Below, one piece after another: positions 29,461 through 38,322 of a stretch of 64,000 nt of DNA; within the stretch, counting starts at the first letter, position 1; each line of letters opens with the position of its first letter. The notes beneath the pieces were generated by a model. That model had not been told where the DNA came from and did no database searches. It saw only the letters and a program-made list of their open reading frames with translations. The stretch lies in IMG/VR virus record IMGVR_UViG_3300017970_000189. One strand, given 5' to 3'. The stretch is from an uncultured virus (IMG/VR IMGVR_UViG_3300017970_000189) (Duplodnaviria > Heunggongvirae > Uroviricota > Caudoviricetes). The position numbers were made by a program, and so were the translations under genes.

Positions 29461-30918
29461 CTACCTCAGGACCGCGTAAAGCAGTCCGAGGGCCGCCAGT
29501 CCCCCCGCCGCATAGGGAAGCACGTTCGTCGCCGTGACCGGAGTCGCTCCTCCAGCCGGCGCGGCTCCCGCGGTCCCGGTCGTCCCAGCCTGCCGCGGAG
29601 GCGGAGGCTGAGCCTGGATGATCCCGTTCGTCACCACATCCGGCGCGATCCCCGGCGAGAAATACTGCTCCGGCGGCGTGTGCGGGCACCCGGGCGGGAA
29701 ATACTGCCCATTCGAACACACGGCGTTTCCACGCGCGTCCCGCTGGCAGTTGAGGGTCGGATCAAGCGTGGGACCGCTGATCGGGCAGGGATAGCTCTGG
29801 GCTTGGCCCAGATATCCATGCGCGCCCAAGCAGCGCCTTCTCTGCCCCATCAGGTACGCATCGTAGGGAGGCTCCTTCCCTTCCTCATGAATGAAGGGAA
29901 TCGATTCTCCACCTCTCCCACTACCACCCATCACGAGCGGCACCTGCCCGAGCATTCTCCCCTGTCCAAGATCGAGCGTCGCTTCCGACGTCTCCAGGGC
30001 GTATTCCGCTTCCTCATAGGGAACCGATCTTCCCCCATGTCCGCCGTTCCCCATGACAAGCGGCACCTGCCCCATGAAGCCGCCCCAGCGGGCTTGAGCG
30101 AGCGATGACTGCTCTGCAGTCGAATGACTGCCTCCCCATTCGGCGTTGTAGTCCCCGTGGACGATGTCCCCCATTCCTCTCCGGCCCAGATCGAGCGTCG
30201 GCTCGGACGTCTCCTCGCCCACCCATTCCATGCCCAGGCCGACGAGAGGCACCTGTCCGAGCATCCCCCTGGGACCGCCGAGGTCAAGCGTCGGCTCCGA
30301 GGTCTCGTCAAACACCCACTGCTTATTGGCGAGCGGCACCTGCCGGAGCATGGGGCCCCTCAGGTTCAGGATGCCGCTCGGGAAGAGATCGAGATTATTC
30401 CTGGCGGCCGCCGCGCGCCGCCGTTTCTTCCCCTTCTGGCACTTGTCGCAGCCGAGATCCAGCGTCGCCTCGGACGTCTCGTTGGGATTCCGCTTCCTCT
30501 TTTTCTTCTGGCACTCGTCGCAGCCAAGATCCAGGGTCGCTTCCGACGTCTCCTCCGGCGGCTCGTATCCGCATCCAACGCTCGTACGACCCAAATCCAG
30601 CGTCGCTTCCGACGTCTCGTCCCACTTCTTCTTCCGCTTCTGGCACTCGTCGCACCCGAGGTCGAGCGTCGCCTCGCTCGTCTCTCCCTCAACCTCGACC
30701 GAGGCTGCACTCGGTCCAGGACAACCTATTCCACCACCCCGTCTTCCCAGATCGAGCGTAGCCTCGTAAGTCTCCTGCCGCCTCTTCTTTGCGCATTTCT
30801 CGCACACCCAGGGAGGAGATTCCTTGTTCCTCTTCTTACACCGGGTATCCCCTCCCCCACAACCCAAGTTGGGAGGCGGAGGGAGCGGCGGAAGATTGAG
30901 CACCGGGAATCTTAACAT
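29461..30918 (-). CDS. repetitive putative polyprotein (8x ET(S/Y)E(A/P)TLDLG, 4x QVPL) with C-terminal TM
   Basis: SD aggagag before ATG 30918 (MLRFPVLNL); repeats are visible in the translation. Confidence 0.8.
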   Translation of the reverse strand: MLRFPVLNLPPLPPPPNLGCGGGDTRCKKRNKESPPWVCEKCAKKRRQETYEATLDLGRRGGGIGCPGPSAASVEVEGETSEATLDLGCDECQKRKKKWDETSEATLDLGRTSVGCGYEPPEETSEATLDLGCDECQKKKRKRNPNETSEATLDLGCDKCQKGKKRRRAAAARNNLDLFPSGILNLRGPMLRQVPLANKQWVFDETSEPTLDLGGPRGMLGQVPLVGLGMEWVGEETSEPTLDLGRRGMGDIVHGDYNAEWGGSHSTAEQSSLAQARWGGFMGQVPLVMGNGGHGGRSVPYEEAEYALETSEATLDLGQGRMLGQVPLVMGGSGRGGESIPFIHEEGKEPPYDAYLMGQRRRCLGAHGYLGQAQSYPCPISGPTLDPTLNCQRDARGNAVCSNGQYFPPGCPHTPPEQYFSPGIAPDVVTNGIIQAQPPPPRQAGTTGTAGAAPAGGATPVTATNVLPYAAGGLAALGLLYAVLR

Positions 30919-30929
30919 CGCCTCTCCTT

Positions 30930-31155
30930 TTGCCCCCCCCAGGGGGGAGCCGCTAGTGACAGACCGGGCAGGGCCCGCTAAACGGACTCCGCCCTGGATA
31001 CGCCGGCGGATGAAACCCCGGCGATGGACCAACCGCAGCGCCCGGAGGTGGGGGAGGAGAGGCTTCCGGGGCGCTTCGGCCCGTGACATCGCTCAGAACC
31101 GGCCGCCGGGCACCTACCAGGCGCACCGGCGATCCGAATAAAGCGACATCACGAT
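30930..31155 (-). ncRNA. candidate structured RNA / long 5' UTR
   Basis: 12-bp stem CGUGAUGUCGCU/AGCGAUGUCACG plus several further GC hairpins. Confidence 0.4.
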
Positions 31156-31235
31156 TGAATACCGTCTTCACTCCTCAAATGGTACCTCGGGACCATCAGC
31201 CATGCAAATGGTTTCTGGAGCCTCATTCGGGAACG

Positions 31236-31259
31236 AAAAAGGCTCCTTTGCGGAGCCTT
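31236..31259 (-). terminator. intrinsic terminator
   Basis: AAGGCUCC-GCAA..GGAGCC-UUUUU. Confidence 0.7.
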
Positions 31260-31308
31260 CAAAGGAGGGGTTAACTCTACGCCTTCATTCTAACCTGCAT
31301 TCACCAAT

Positions 31309-31337
31309 AAAAAAAGGGCCCCTTTGCGGGGCCCTTT
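31309..31337 (-). terminator. intrinsic terminator
   Basis: GGGCCCC-GCAAA-GGGGCCC-U7. Confidence 0.8.
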
Positions 31338-31365
31338 CGACTGGGGTGGGGTATTAGGATTCTTC

Positions 31366-31986
31366 CTACGCCTCAAGCTCGACTTCCCAGTATGCACGGC
31401 TCAGGAAGTGCTCCCAGGACTCGCGCCGCATCTTGGGCGGCACCTGGACCAGCGTCTTCCAGCTCGGCTTCTTCGGCACCTTCCGGAGCCTCATGCCGGC
31501 CTGTTCGGGCGTCCGGTCCGCCTTCTCCTTGTTGCACTCCAGGCACGCCAGGACCGTGTTCTCCCAAGTGGACTTTCCACCCTTCGAACGCGGGACGATG
31601 TGATCCATCGTCAGATCCTCATGGTTCGTCGGCTGCGCCCCGCAATACTGGCACGTATAGCGGTCACGCTTGAACAGGTTCCTCCGGGAGAACACCACCG
31701 ACCGCTCGCCCTGCTTCTCGTAGGTCGTCACCATGATGACCTCCGGAGGCACGAGAGCCAGATGACAGGACCGGATCCTGCCCTCACCGAACTCCTTCTG
31801 GGCCTTCGACACATCGTTCCAGGAGTTCAGCTCATGGGTCGCAAAATCGTTCTTCGCGTCGATGATGAGAGCGTGACCCTTAGCGACCAAGCCGATTGCG
31901 TCCTGAACCGTCGTCACCCGCAGGGGGCTCCAAAGCTTATTGAGCACCAGCACGGGTCTTTCCAGGACCTTCGCTTCCGCCGTCAT
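31366..31986 (-). CDS. HNH endonuclease (McrA-like)
   Basis: VLVLN, FSRRNLFKRDRYTCQYCG, DHIVPRSKGG, CLECN. Confidence 0.9.
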   Translation of the reverse strand: MTAEAKVLERPVLVLNKLWSPLRVTTVQDAIGLVAKGHALIIDAKNDFATHELNSWNDVSKAQKEFGEGRIRSCHLALVPPEVIMVTTYEKQGERSVVFSRRNLFKRDRYTCQYCGAQPTNHEDLTMDHIVPRSKGGKSTWENTVLACLECNKEKADRTPEQAGMRLRKVPKKPSWKTLVQVPPKMRRESWEHFLSRAYWEVELEA

Positions 31987-32023
31987 CGTTCCTCCCTTCC
32001 AACCAGGCCAAAATCCAAAGCGC

Positions 32024-32284
32024 TCAGTCGTACGTCTCCTTATGCCACCCGTTCCACTTCGCCTTTTTTTTCTTGATCGCCCTAGATATTTCCCGCTTCC
32101 CCTCCGCCTGGCTCCGCCAACTATCCTCCCCCACCGCCTCCCAAAATTTCATCGCCACCCTCTCCGCTTCCTTGCTCGGCGTATCCGGCCGCAGATTCAT
32201 GTACCAGCGCCCATCCGCCTCATAGACGGACACATTGAATCCACGCCCTTCCACCACGACGTCCGTATGGGAGATCTTCCTCAT
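32024..32284 (-). CDS. hypothetical protein
   Basis: ATGA coupling. Confidence 0.55.
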   Translation of the reverse strand: MRKISHTDVVVEGRGFNVSVYEADGRWYMNLRPDTPSKEAERVAMKFWEAVGEDSWRSQAEGKREISRAIKKKKAKWNGWHKETYD

Positions 32285-32781
32285 ATCTTGAAATTCAAAA
32301 CTTTCTCAAATTCGGCGTCGAGCTCAGGAGCCCATTTCCCCTTCCAACGTTCCATCACGATCTCTTTCGTCATGTTGACCCTGAATTTCAAGGCATCGAG
32401 AATGTTTTCCGCCCTCTTCAGTCTTGCCTCCCGATGCTCCGTAGGATGCTTCCCCTCTTTCAGAAGAAGCTCGATGACGATGAACTCGATATCCCTCGCT
32501 ACCCTCAGGTCCTCAATATTTTCCTCGAAAGTCTTGGGAAGCTTCGGATACCGTCCCTCAAGCCTGGGAGATCCTTCCAGCATCGCCCAAACATCATCCA
32601 AAACCCGGTCCATCATCATCCAGGCTTCTTCCTTCTCCTTCGGCCGGCCATAATAGTCCGCCCTCTCGATGATTTCAGAAAGACTGACTGCAAGGCGGCT
32701 CATCGCCAGAAGAATGTCCGGATCACCCAAGGGTTTTGAAGAGTATGCATACTCAAAAATAAACTTTTCCTCCAGGCTCAA
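32281..32781 (-). CDS. hypothetical protein
   Basis: 166 aa, protein-like composition, TTG start. Confidence 0.55.
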   Translation of the reverse strand: MSLEEKFIFEYAYSSKPLGDPDILLAMSRLAVSLSEIIERADYYGRPKEKEEAWMMMDRVLDDVWAMLEGSPRLEGRYPKLPKTFEENIEDLRVARDIEFIVIELLLKEGKHPTEHREARLKRAENILDALKFRVNMTKEIVMERWKGKWAPELDAEFEKVLNFKI

Positions 32782-33061
32782 ACCCCCATCTCCTCATCTC
32801 CCCCGCCTTCGATTCCAGCGCCATGAACGTCCGCCGGGGAGCCTCCATCGTCTCGAGCTCCGGATGAATCGTCCGCTTCGCGAGAACCGTGAAATCCTCC
32901 GCAATGAACGCAAGATCGAAATCTTCCCTCACGTTCCGCGAATGGAACAGCGCCCCCTCGTTGATGAGGGGGAAAACAAACAGCGTGCCCGGCTCGATGT
33001 ACTGCCGATACTGCAGGCCCATGGCCTGTCCTTCCGGCGTGCCGAAGATGATCAGACGCAT
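32753..33061 (-). CDS. DUF192-like protein
   Basis: MGLQYR..LFVFP..FHSRNV..DLAFI..ALE..G. Confidence 0.65.
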   Translation of the reverse strand: MRLIIFGTPEGQAMGLQYRQYIEPGTLFVFPLINEGALFHSRNVREDFDLAFIAEDFTVLAKRTIHPELETMEAPRRTFMALESKAGEMRRWGFEPGGKVYF

Positions 33062-33092
33062 CTTCAGGATTGTACGACACCAGCTTCATAAA

Positions 33093-33169
33093 TGGTACCC
33101 CCGGTAGGACTCGAACCTACATTTCCCACGTTCGTAGCGTGGTCCGTTATCCAATTACGGGACGGGGGC
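33093..33169 (-). tRNA. tRNA-Arg(ACG)
   Basis: cloverleaf, loop CT-ACG-AA, encoded CCA. Confidence 0.9.
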
Positions 33170-33763
33170 CCCTTTGTCTTGCTGAGGTTCTCCTGAATGC
33201 TGGCGCTCCAAATGGCGAGCGAGAATCTTCCTGGCTTGTTTCTTGAATAGCTGGAATATCAAGATCCTTCGGATTCCCGTCTTCTGCGTGGTCGCCGTCT
33301 CAAGCGTCTGGCAGAAAACGATCAGCTCCTCGTAGGTCCGGTCCGATTTCAGCCCATTGCAGGTGTAACAAGCAGCCACCAGATTCTGATCATCGCTCTT
33401 TCCTCCCTTGGCACGGGGGTAGAAGTGATCGATCGTCTGAGCCACTTCTCCGCAAAAATAGCACGGATCCTTCAGGATCCTGGCTCTCCGGCTATCCCCT
33501 ACCTGAGCTCCCTTGTACCGTTTCTTCTCACGGACTTCCGCGGCTGATCTCCCGGTCGCCTTGACGAACAGCGCCCCGTTCATGTCCCGAGTCCACCCGC
33601 AAAGGCAATCCCACGCCTGACACCCTCCATGGCTGGCGTGAATGATCCTCCCATGCGAGCATTCCGGACACCGATTGACCTCTCGCTTCTTCACCGGCAA
33701 CCCATTCCCTTCCGCATCCGGCCATAACGGATGAAACATGGCTTCCTCCAACGGCTCTCTCAA
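33155..33763 (-). CDS. HNH endonuclease with N-terminal Zn-binding motif
   Basis: CYFCG..TIDHFYPRAKGG..NLVAACYTCN. Confidence 0.8.
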   Translation of the reverse strand: MREPLEEAMFHPLWPDAEGNGLPVKKREVNRCPECSHGRIIHASHGGCQAWDCLCGWTRDMNGALFVKATGRSAAEVREKKRYKGAQVGDSRRARILKDPCYFCGEVAQTIDHFYPRAKGGKSDDQNLVAACYTCNGLKSDRTYEELIVFCQTLETATTQKTGIRRILIFQLFKKQARKILARHLERQHSGEPQQDKGAPVP

Positions 33764-33785
33764 TCAGCCGGTTACAATATTAGCG

Positions 33786-34268
33786 ATGTGGAGAGATCCC
33801 GATGCCCGTGTCGGACAGGCCTACGGGTACGAGCGCGGCAAAAACTGGAACCGCGCCCGGCGCCTTCACCTACGCGAACAACCTTCCTGCGTCGCCTGCA
33901 AGAAACAATACCGCGGGTTCCTGGGCTGGTTCGTCCGGCTCTGGACCGGAACCGTCGTCCACCAGATCATCCCCCTCCACATCTGCTTCGCCCTCGATCG
34001 CCCCGACCTCGAGACCGACAGCCGCAACCTCGTCACGCTCTGCGCCGGCCACCACTTCCTCATCGGCCACCTCGGACATTTTCGATGCTTCAACCTTTAC
34101 GTCAAAGCCACCGTCATCCGCTGTTTCGGAAGAACCCCTCAGGAATTCCTGGAAAGCCCAGACTTCGAATACTTCGCCAGCAAAGGCTACAAGCCTTTCG
34201 ATGAATGGACCGGCGAAGAAATGGCCGAGTTCCGCCAGAAACTCGACGAAAAGTTCCCACCGAAATGA
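33786..34268 (+). CDS. phage-type HNH-like protein
   Basis: WNRARR..CVACK..VHQIIP..NLVTLCAGHH; one of the rare + strand genes. Confidence 0.7.
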   Translation: MWRDPDARVGQAYGYERGKNWNRARRLHLREQPSCVACKKQYRGFLGWFVRLWTGTVVHQIIPLHICFALDRPDLETDSRNLVTLCAGHHFLIGHLGHFRCFNLYVKATVIRCFGRTPQEFLESPDFEYFASKGYKPFDEWTGEEMAEFRQKLDEKFPPK

Positions 34269-34269
34269 T

Positions 34270-34347
34270 TGGTACCCCCAGAAGGATTCGAACCTTCACA
34301 ATTCCTCCTTCGGAGGGAGGTGACCTATCCAATTGGTCAATGGGGGC
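34270..34347 (-). tRNA. tRNA-Arg(CCG)
   Basis: loop CT-CCG-AA, CCA end. Confidence 0.88.
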
Positions 34348-34626
34348 CTATTCCATAACCCCATGCTCCAGGTAATCCACGATCGTGTCGCCGTGGCAGG
34401 CCAGAGGATGGCAGTAACACAGCAAAACTTTCCCCTTCAACCCCTCCACCTTCTTCTTGAATTCCGGATCCATCCGGAGACGCGCAAAAAAATACGACTG
34501 AAACTTCCGAATCACCGCCGCGCGATCCCCGTCCTCCCCGATCGCGTACGGATTCCCGAAAGGACTCGGGCGGCCAATATAAACCCCCTTTACCCCAGGG
34601 GTCCTCATATTGACCACCCGGGTCAG
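34348..34626 (-). CDS. DUF4326-family protein
   Basis: VYIGRPSPFGNPY..LKGKVLLCYCHPLACHGD; start uncertain. Confidence 0.8.
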   Translation of the reverse strand: MTRVVNMRTPGVKGVYIGRPSPFGNPYAIGEDGDRAAVIRKFQSYFFARLRMDPEFKKKVEGLKGKVLLCYCHPLACHGDTIVDYLEHGVME

Positions 34627-35069
34627 GCCGTTTGATTTCTCGTCTCTTCCCACTGGATGAAGCACCGATCGCAAAGAACCTTGAAGACCCCGATCAAAAA
34701 TCTCTTCCTCCCCTCCCCTCCGCACTGCTCGCAGATCTCCGCCGATTTAACCCTCGCCCCATCAATCAAAGAATAAAAATTCGTCGATCTCACCCTGTGG
34801 TCCTCGACTACCTTGGCCGGCGCGCTCATCGTGCTCTTCATCGAAATTTCCGCATGCACCACAAGCGACCCCATCTTCTCCTTCACCTGGAGAATCTGCC
34901 AGCATTCCCTCCCCGTCAGGATCTCGTCGTATCCCTCCCACACCTTGTCGAGCGCCGCACACAACTTCACCACCAAAGGCTGCCAGCCTGGCCCGCAATC
35001 CACCCTCACCAAGCAGCCCTTCTTGAACCTCTCCTTCACGCTCGCCCAAATATCCTGCTGCTCTGCCAT
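34623..35069 (-). CDS. phage hypothetical protein
   Basis: CGPGW..QVKEKMG..CEQCG..VLCDRC. Confidence 0.7.
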   Translation of the reverse strand: MAEQQDIWASVKERFKKGCLVRVDCGPGWQPLVVKLCAALDKVWEGYDEILTGRECWQILQVKEKMGSLVVHAEISMKSTMSAPAKVVEDHRVRSTNFYSLIDGARVKSAEICEQCGGEGRKRFLIGVFKVLCDRCFIQWEETRNQTA

Positions 35070-35134
35070 CAGGAGACAATTTTACCCACCCTCCAAACCA
35101 GACCTCAAGATCCTTCTCATCCTCTTCATTTTTT

Positions 35135-35212
35135 TGGTACCCCGGGCGTGACTCGAACACGCATTATGTCCGTTTAGGAAACGGATGCCCTATCCAGTTA
35201 GGCGACCGGGGC
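35135..35212 (-). tRNA. tRNA-Arg(CCT)
   Basis: loop TT-CCT-AA, CCA end. Confidence 0.88.
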
Positions 35213-35224
35213 GTGTAGAAAATC

Positions 35225-35830
35225 TTATCTTGCAGGAGCTTCGCCCGGTGCCGGCGAGATTTCAACCATCTCCATCGCCTCCCGGCCGCGCTGTCCAACA
35301 ACGTTCCAGTTGACGTTCCCAAAGAATGCACCGATATAGCCAGATTTGTCGAGGCCATATTCGCGCATATAGGCATGCTCGTAGCAATCCAGCACCAAGA
35401 GCGGCCAGGATCCCGCTACGTATCCCTGTCCGTGCTCCTTCATCGTGAACAGGAATTCCTGCCCTCTCCAAAGGTCCATCGCGAGCACCACCCAGCCGGT
35501 CGATCCGAGCGCCAGCACCGACATCCGATCGAGCAGCTCATCCGTATCCTTCTCAAACAGATGCTCGGGATTTCCCATCCCTCCCTTGGTCAATTGCTCG
35601 AAGTAGAGCTCGTGAAGATAGATCGCGTTCCTCAAGAACCCCTCTTCCGACATCAACCGCTGGTACTCGAAGCGATCGACTTTCTTCGGAAGATCTGCGA
35701 TCTTCTTCTCGATCGCGTTGAAGCGATCAAGATATCCCAGGTAAAGTTTGAAGTGATCCGACAAGAGCTTCTTCGAAAGCCCCGGAAGCTCTTTGTACTC
35801 AAGATCGATCGGTTTCCAGACTTCGCTCAC
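35225..35830 (-). CDS. Fe/Mn superoxide dismutase-family protein
   Basis: HFKLYLGY, LHELYF, PLLVLDCYEHAY, NVNW. Confidence 0.85.
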   Translation of the reverse strand: MSEVWKPIDLEYKELPGLSKKLLSDHFKLYLGYLDRFNAIEKKIADLPKKVDRFEYQRLMSEEGFLRNAIYLHELYFEQLTKGGMGNPEHLFEKDTDELLDRMSVLALGSTGWVVLAMDLWRGQEFLFTMKEHGQGYVAGSWPLLVLDCYEHAYMREYGLDKSGYIGAFFGNVNWNVVGQRGREAMEMVEISPAPGEAPAR

Positions 35831-36636
35831 CCACCCCTCCCGAAGATCGCAAAGGCCGTCAGCCCCGCCGCCATGATCCCTCCCCCAGCCACCAGCGTCA
35901 TGTTGCTGGTCTGGGCCGGTGCGGCCGCTCCGGGAGCCGGCGTAACCGCGGCTGGCGTTCCTGCCGGAGCCGGCGTCCCCTGCGAACCAATAATATCCAG
36001 AATATTCCCTGCCTGAGTCACATCCGCCGAAAAAGCCGGATCGCTCGTCGCAAAGTCCTGCGCGGCTTCATCCATGTCCTTCGCCGCTTCCTTCGCGTTT
36101 TGAACTTGCACGTAAGCCTGCGTCGCCGACTGGACCGCAGAAATAATCCCCATGATCGCCGCCGGCGCCGCTATCCCCACGATCACCGCCCCCACCGCCT
36201 CCGCGATCGCATCCCTCATGGCCACCCGCCTTCTGCGCTCCGCCCTCTTCTTGGCGTCCGCCTCGATTTCGTCTGACCAGGCATTGTAGTTCGCCAATAC
36301 CTGGAGCGTAATCCAGACGGTGATCGTACCCGTATCGAGCGGCTGGCCGATCGTCGCCAGAGTCCTTAAATCCGGAGTCAGATACTTCTTGAAGAAGATG
36401 ACCGCATCGGAGAGCTCAAAGGGAGCTGGGAATGGAAATGCAAACAGCGTCTTCCAAATCAACTGCGCATTCGATTGGATCAGCGCATTCTGCGCATCCG
36501 TGTTGCTCGAACTTACGCCCCACTGATCCGGAGTCGGCATGTCACAGTCCGCTGCAACCACGCATGGAGAAACGGCCCCCAGGAAAGGACTGGCTCCGAA
36601 GATATGCCTGCCGAGTCCCACCACTCTCATCCCCAA
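35827..36636 (-). CDS. membrane protein with PFLG motif and C-terminal TM
   Basis: internal and C-terminal hydrophobic helices, PA linker. Confidence 0.7.
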   Translation of the reverse strand: MGMRVVGLGRHIFGASPFLGAVSPCVVAADCDMPTPDQWGVSSSNTDAQNALIQSNAQLIWKTLFAFPFPAPFELSDAVIFFKKYLTPDLRTLATIGQPLDTGTITVWITLQVLANYNAWSDEIEADAKKRAERRRRVAMRDAIAEAVGAVIVGIAAPAAIMGIISAVQSATQAYVQVQNAKEAAKDMDEAAQDFATSDPAFSADVTQAGNILDIIGSQGTPAPAGTPAAVTPAPGAAAPAQTSNMTLVAGGGIMAAGLTAFAIFGRGG

Positions 36637-36669
36637 CAGTATATCCGGAGGCGGCTTCGAGTTCGATAA

Positions 36670-36982
36670 TTCTGGAGCGTCCGCTGACCTCGGTTGAGCC
36701 CCTCAACTCACGCACGGGGGACTTTCGCCGGTACTTCCAAGTCCGCACTCGCTTTATGGTCCCTCTCGGCCCCGGAGGGCCGGTGCGATTGACACAAAGA
36801 TCGGAGGCTCTTCGCCTCCCCGGCCCGGCCATGATTTGCCTCACAGGCGCGTGGTCGGATAACGGACCCTGAGGCCCTGCCACTCCTGCGCTCTCCGAGG
36901 CGGATCGAGAGCTGAGGCATTACTGAGATCCTTTTGCGCCGGTCTCGCATGGATTTTCACCGACAGACCGGACGCTCCAGAA
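36670..36982 (-). ncRNA. candidate novel ~310-nt structured RNA
   Basis: perfect 14-bp terminal inverted repeat TTCTGGAGCGTCCG enclosing several hairpins; directly downstream of tRNA-Pro. Confidence 0.6.
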
Positions 36983-36986
36983 GTTT

Positions 36987-37063
36987 TGGTCGGGGTGACT
37001 GGATTTGAACCAGCGATCTCCTGCTCCCAGGGCAGGCGCGATTCCAAACTTCGCTACACCCCG
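36987..37063 (-). tRNA. tRNA-Pro(TGG)
   Basis: loop CC-TGG-GA (C33), CCA end. Confidence 0.88.
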
Positions 37064-37071
37064 AAATTATT

Positions 37072-37147
37072 TGGTAGGCCGGGTGGGAGTCGAACCCATC
37101 GTCGAGCGCTTATAAAGCGCCTACTCTGACCGTTGAGCTACCGGCCC
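37072..37147 (-). tRNA. tRNA-Ile(TAT)
   Basis: loop TT-TAT-AA, A73, CCA end. Confidence 0.85.
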
Positions 37148-37192
37148 GAATTACGGATGAGGCTTTGGCGTCCTCTCTTGACCGGAACATGG

Positions 37193-37528
37193 CTAGCCCA
37201 ACTGCCTGAGATCCTCTTCCAAGATCTCGATGACTCGGAGAAGGCTCTCTTTTGCTTCACTTTCTGCGGATCCCATCTTATGCCGACCGTTTCCTGCTGA
37301 AATTCTGAGAGACATTGCCAGCGTCTCCATGTTTGCATGAAGCTCCGCAAGCTTCTGCTGGTCATGACGCGAAAGCTTAAGCACTTCTTCTCCATGAAGC
37401 AGATAAACCACCTTGATCATCGCCAAAGTCTGACCGTAATGATAAGCGGCTTCATAGAGCAAGCCATTCCTGGCATAGCGCTTCCCTGCCACGAAGGTTT
37501 GAAGAATCAGCCGGATGACCGTTTGCAT
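37193..37528 (-). CDS. hypothetical protein
   Basis: 111 aa helical ORF between tRNAs. Confidence 0.55.
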   Translation of the reverse strand: MQTVIRLILQTFVAGKRYARNGLLYEAAYHYGQTLAMIKVVYLLHGEEVLKLSRHDQQKLAELHANMETLAMSLRISAGNGRHKMGSAESEAKESLLRVIEILEEDLRQLG

Positions 37529-37571
37529 ATGACTATATTACCAACCAATGCCGTACAAACAGTTATAACTT

Positions 37572-37647
37572 TGGTCCGGCTACCCGGACTCGAACCGGGA
37601 TGATCCTGTACCCGAAACAGGCGGGTTACCAATTACCCTATAGCCGG
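37572..37647 (-). tRNA. tRNA-Pro(CGG)
   Basis: loop TT-CGG-GT, CCA end. Confidence 0.88.
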
Positions 37648-37704
37648 GGAAATGAAAAATTACCGACTTCCGATAACCCGATAATTTTTTGAAATGAACC
37701 CTTG

Positions 37705-37995
37705 CTATATCTGCGCCGATCTGAAGCCGATAAGATCCAGTATCATAAAGATCAGCCCAATCCCCGCCATGCCCCCGCCTGCGTGGACCAGAAGATCCCC
37801 TACAGGCTTCCTTCTGTAAGGATAGGCTCCCACCCCGATCGCCACCCCGGACCCGATAATGATCAAATTCACTCCCCAGGATGGGATCTTCACGCTTTCC
37901 GGAGGCTTCGGTGGAGTCGGCGTCAATTGCCCGATCATCCGAATTGGCAACGGCCGTGCGACTGGAATCAGATTTGCCGGTGTGTACCGAAGCAT
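37705..37995 (-). CDS. small two-TM protein (MIGQ motif)
   Basis: Pro linker and two hydrophobic helices. Confidence 0.7.
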   Translation of the reverse strand: MLRYTPANLIPVARPLPIRMIGQLTPTPPKPPESVKIPSWGVNLIIIGSGVAIGVGAYPYRRKPVGDLLVHAGGGMAGIGLIFMILDLIGFRSAQI

Positions 37996-38018
37996 CTTTC
38001 AAAGTATAGCAAAAAGAT

Positions 38019-38105
38019 TGGTGCAGCCGAGAGGATTCGAACCTCCACGCCTTTCAGCATCCGCCCCTCAAACGGACGTGTCTACCTGAGTTCCACCACG
38101 GCTGC
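38019..38105 (-). tRNA. tRNA-Leu(GAG)
   Basis: long V arm, loop TT-GAG-GG. Confidence 0.85.
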
Positions 38106-38112
38106 GAATTTT

Positions 38113-38186
38113 TGGTACCCCGTGAGGGACTTGCACCCCCATCTTCCGGGTGTAAGCCGGAAATTCTTCTATTGAAATAACGGGGC
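38113..38186 (-). tRNA. tRNA-Val(TAC)
   Basis: loop CT-TAC-AC; T-loop TGCAAGT. Confidence 0.82.
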
Positions 38187-38248
38187 TCGGGGGCACCCAA
38201 AAACGGGGCCCAAATCGTAGAAAAAAGCCGCCCTAGGGCGGACAAATC

Positions 38249-38322
38249 TGGTACCCACGGAGGGAATCGAACCCCCGAATGCTCCATGTGAGGGAGCCGG
38301 TTTACCACTAACCTACGCGGGT
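38249..38322 (-). tRNA. tRNA-Val(CAC)
   Basis: loop CT-CAC-AT. Confidence 0.85.
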
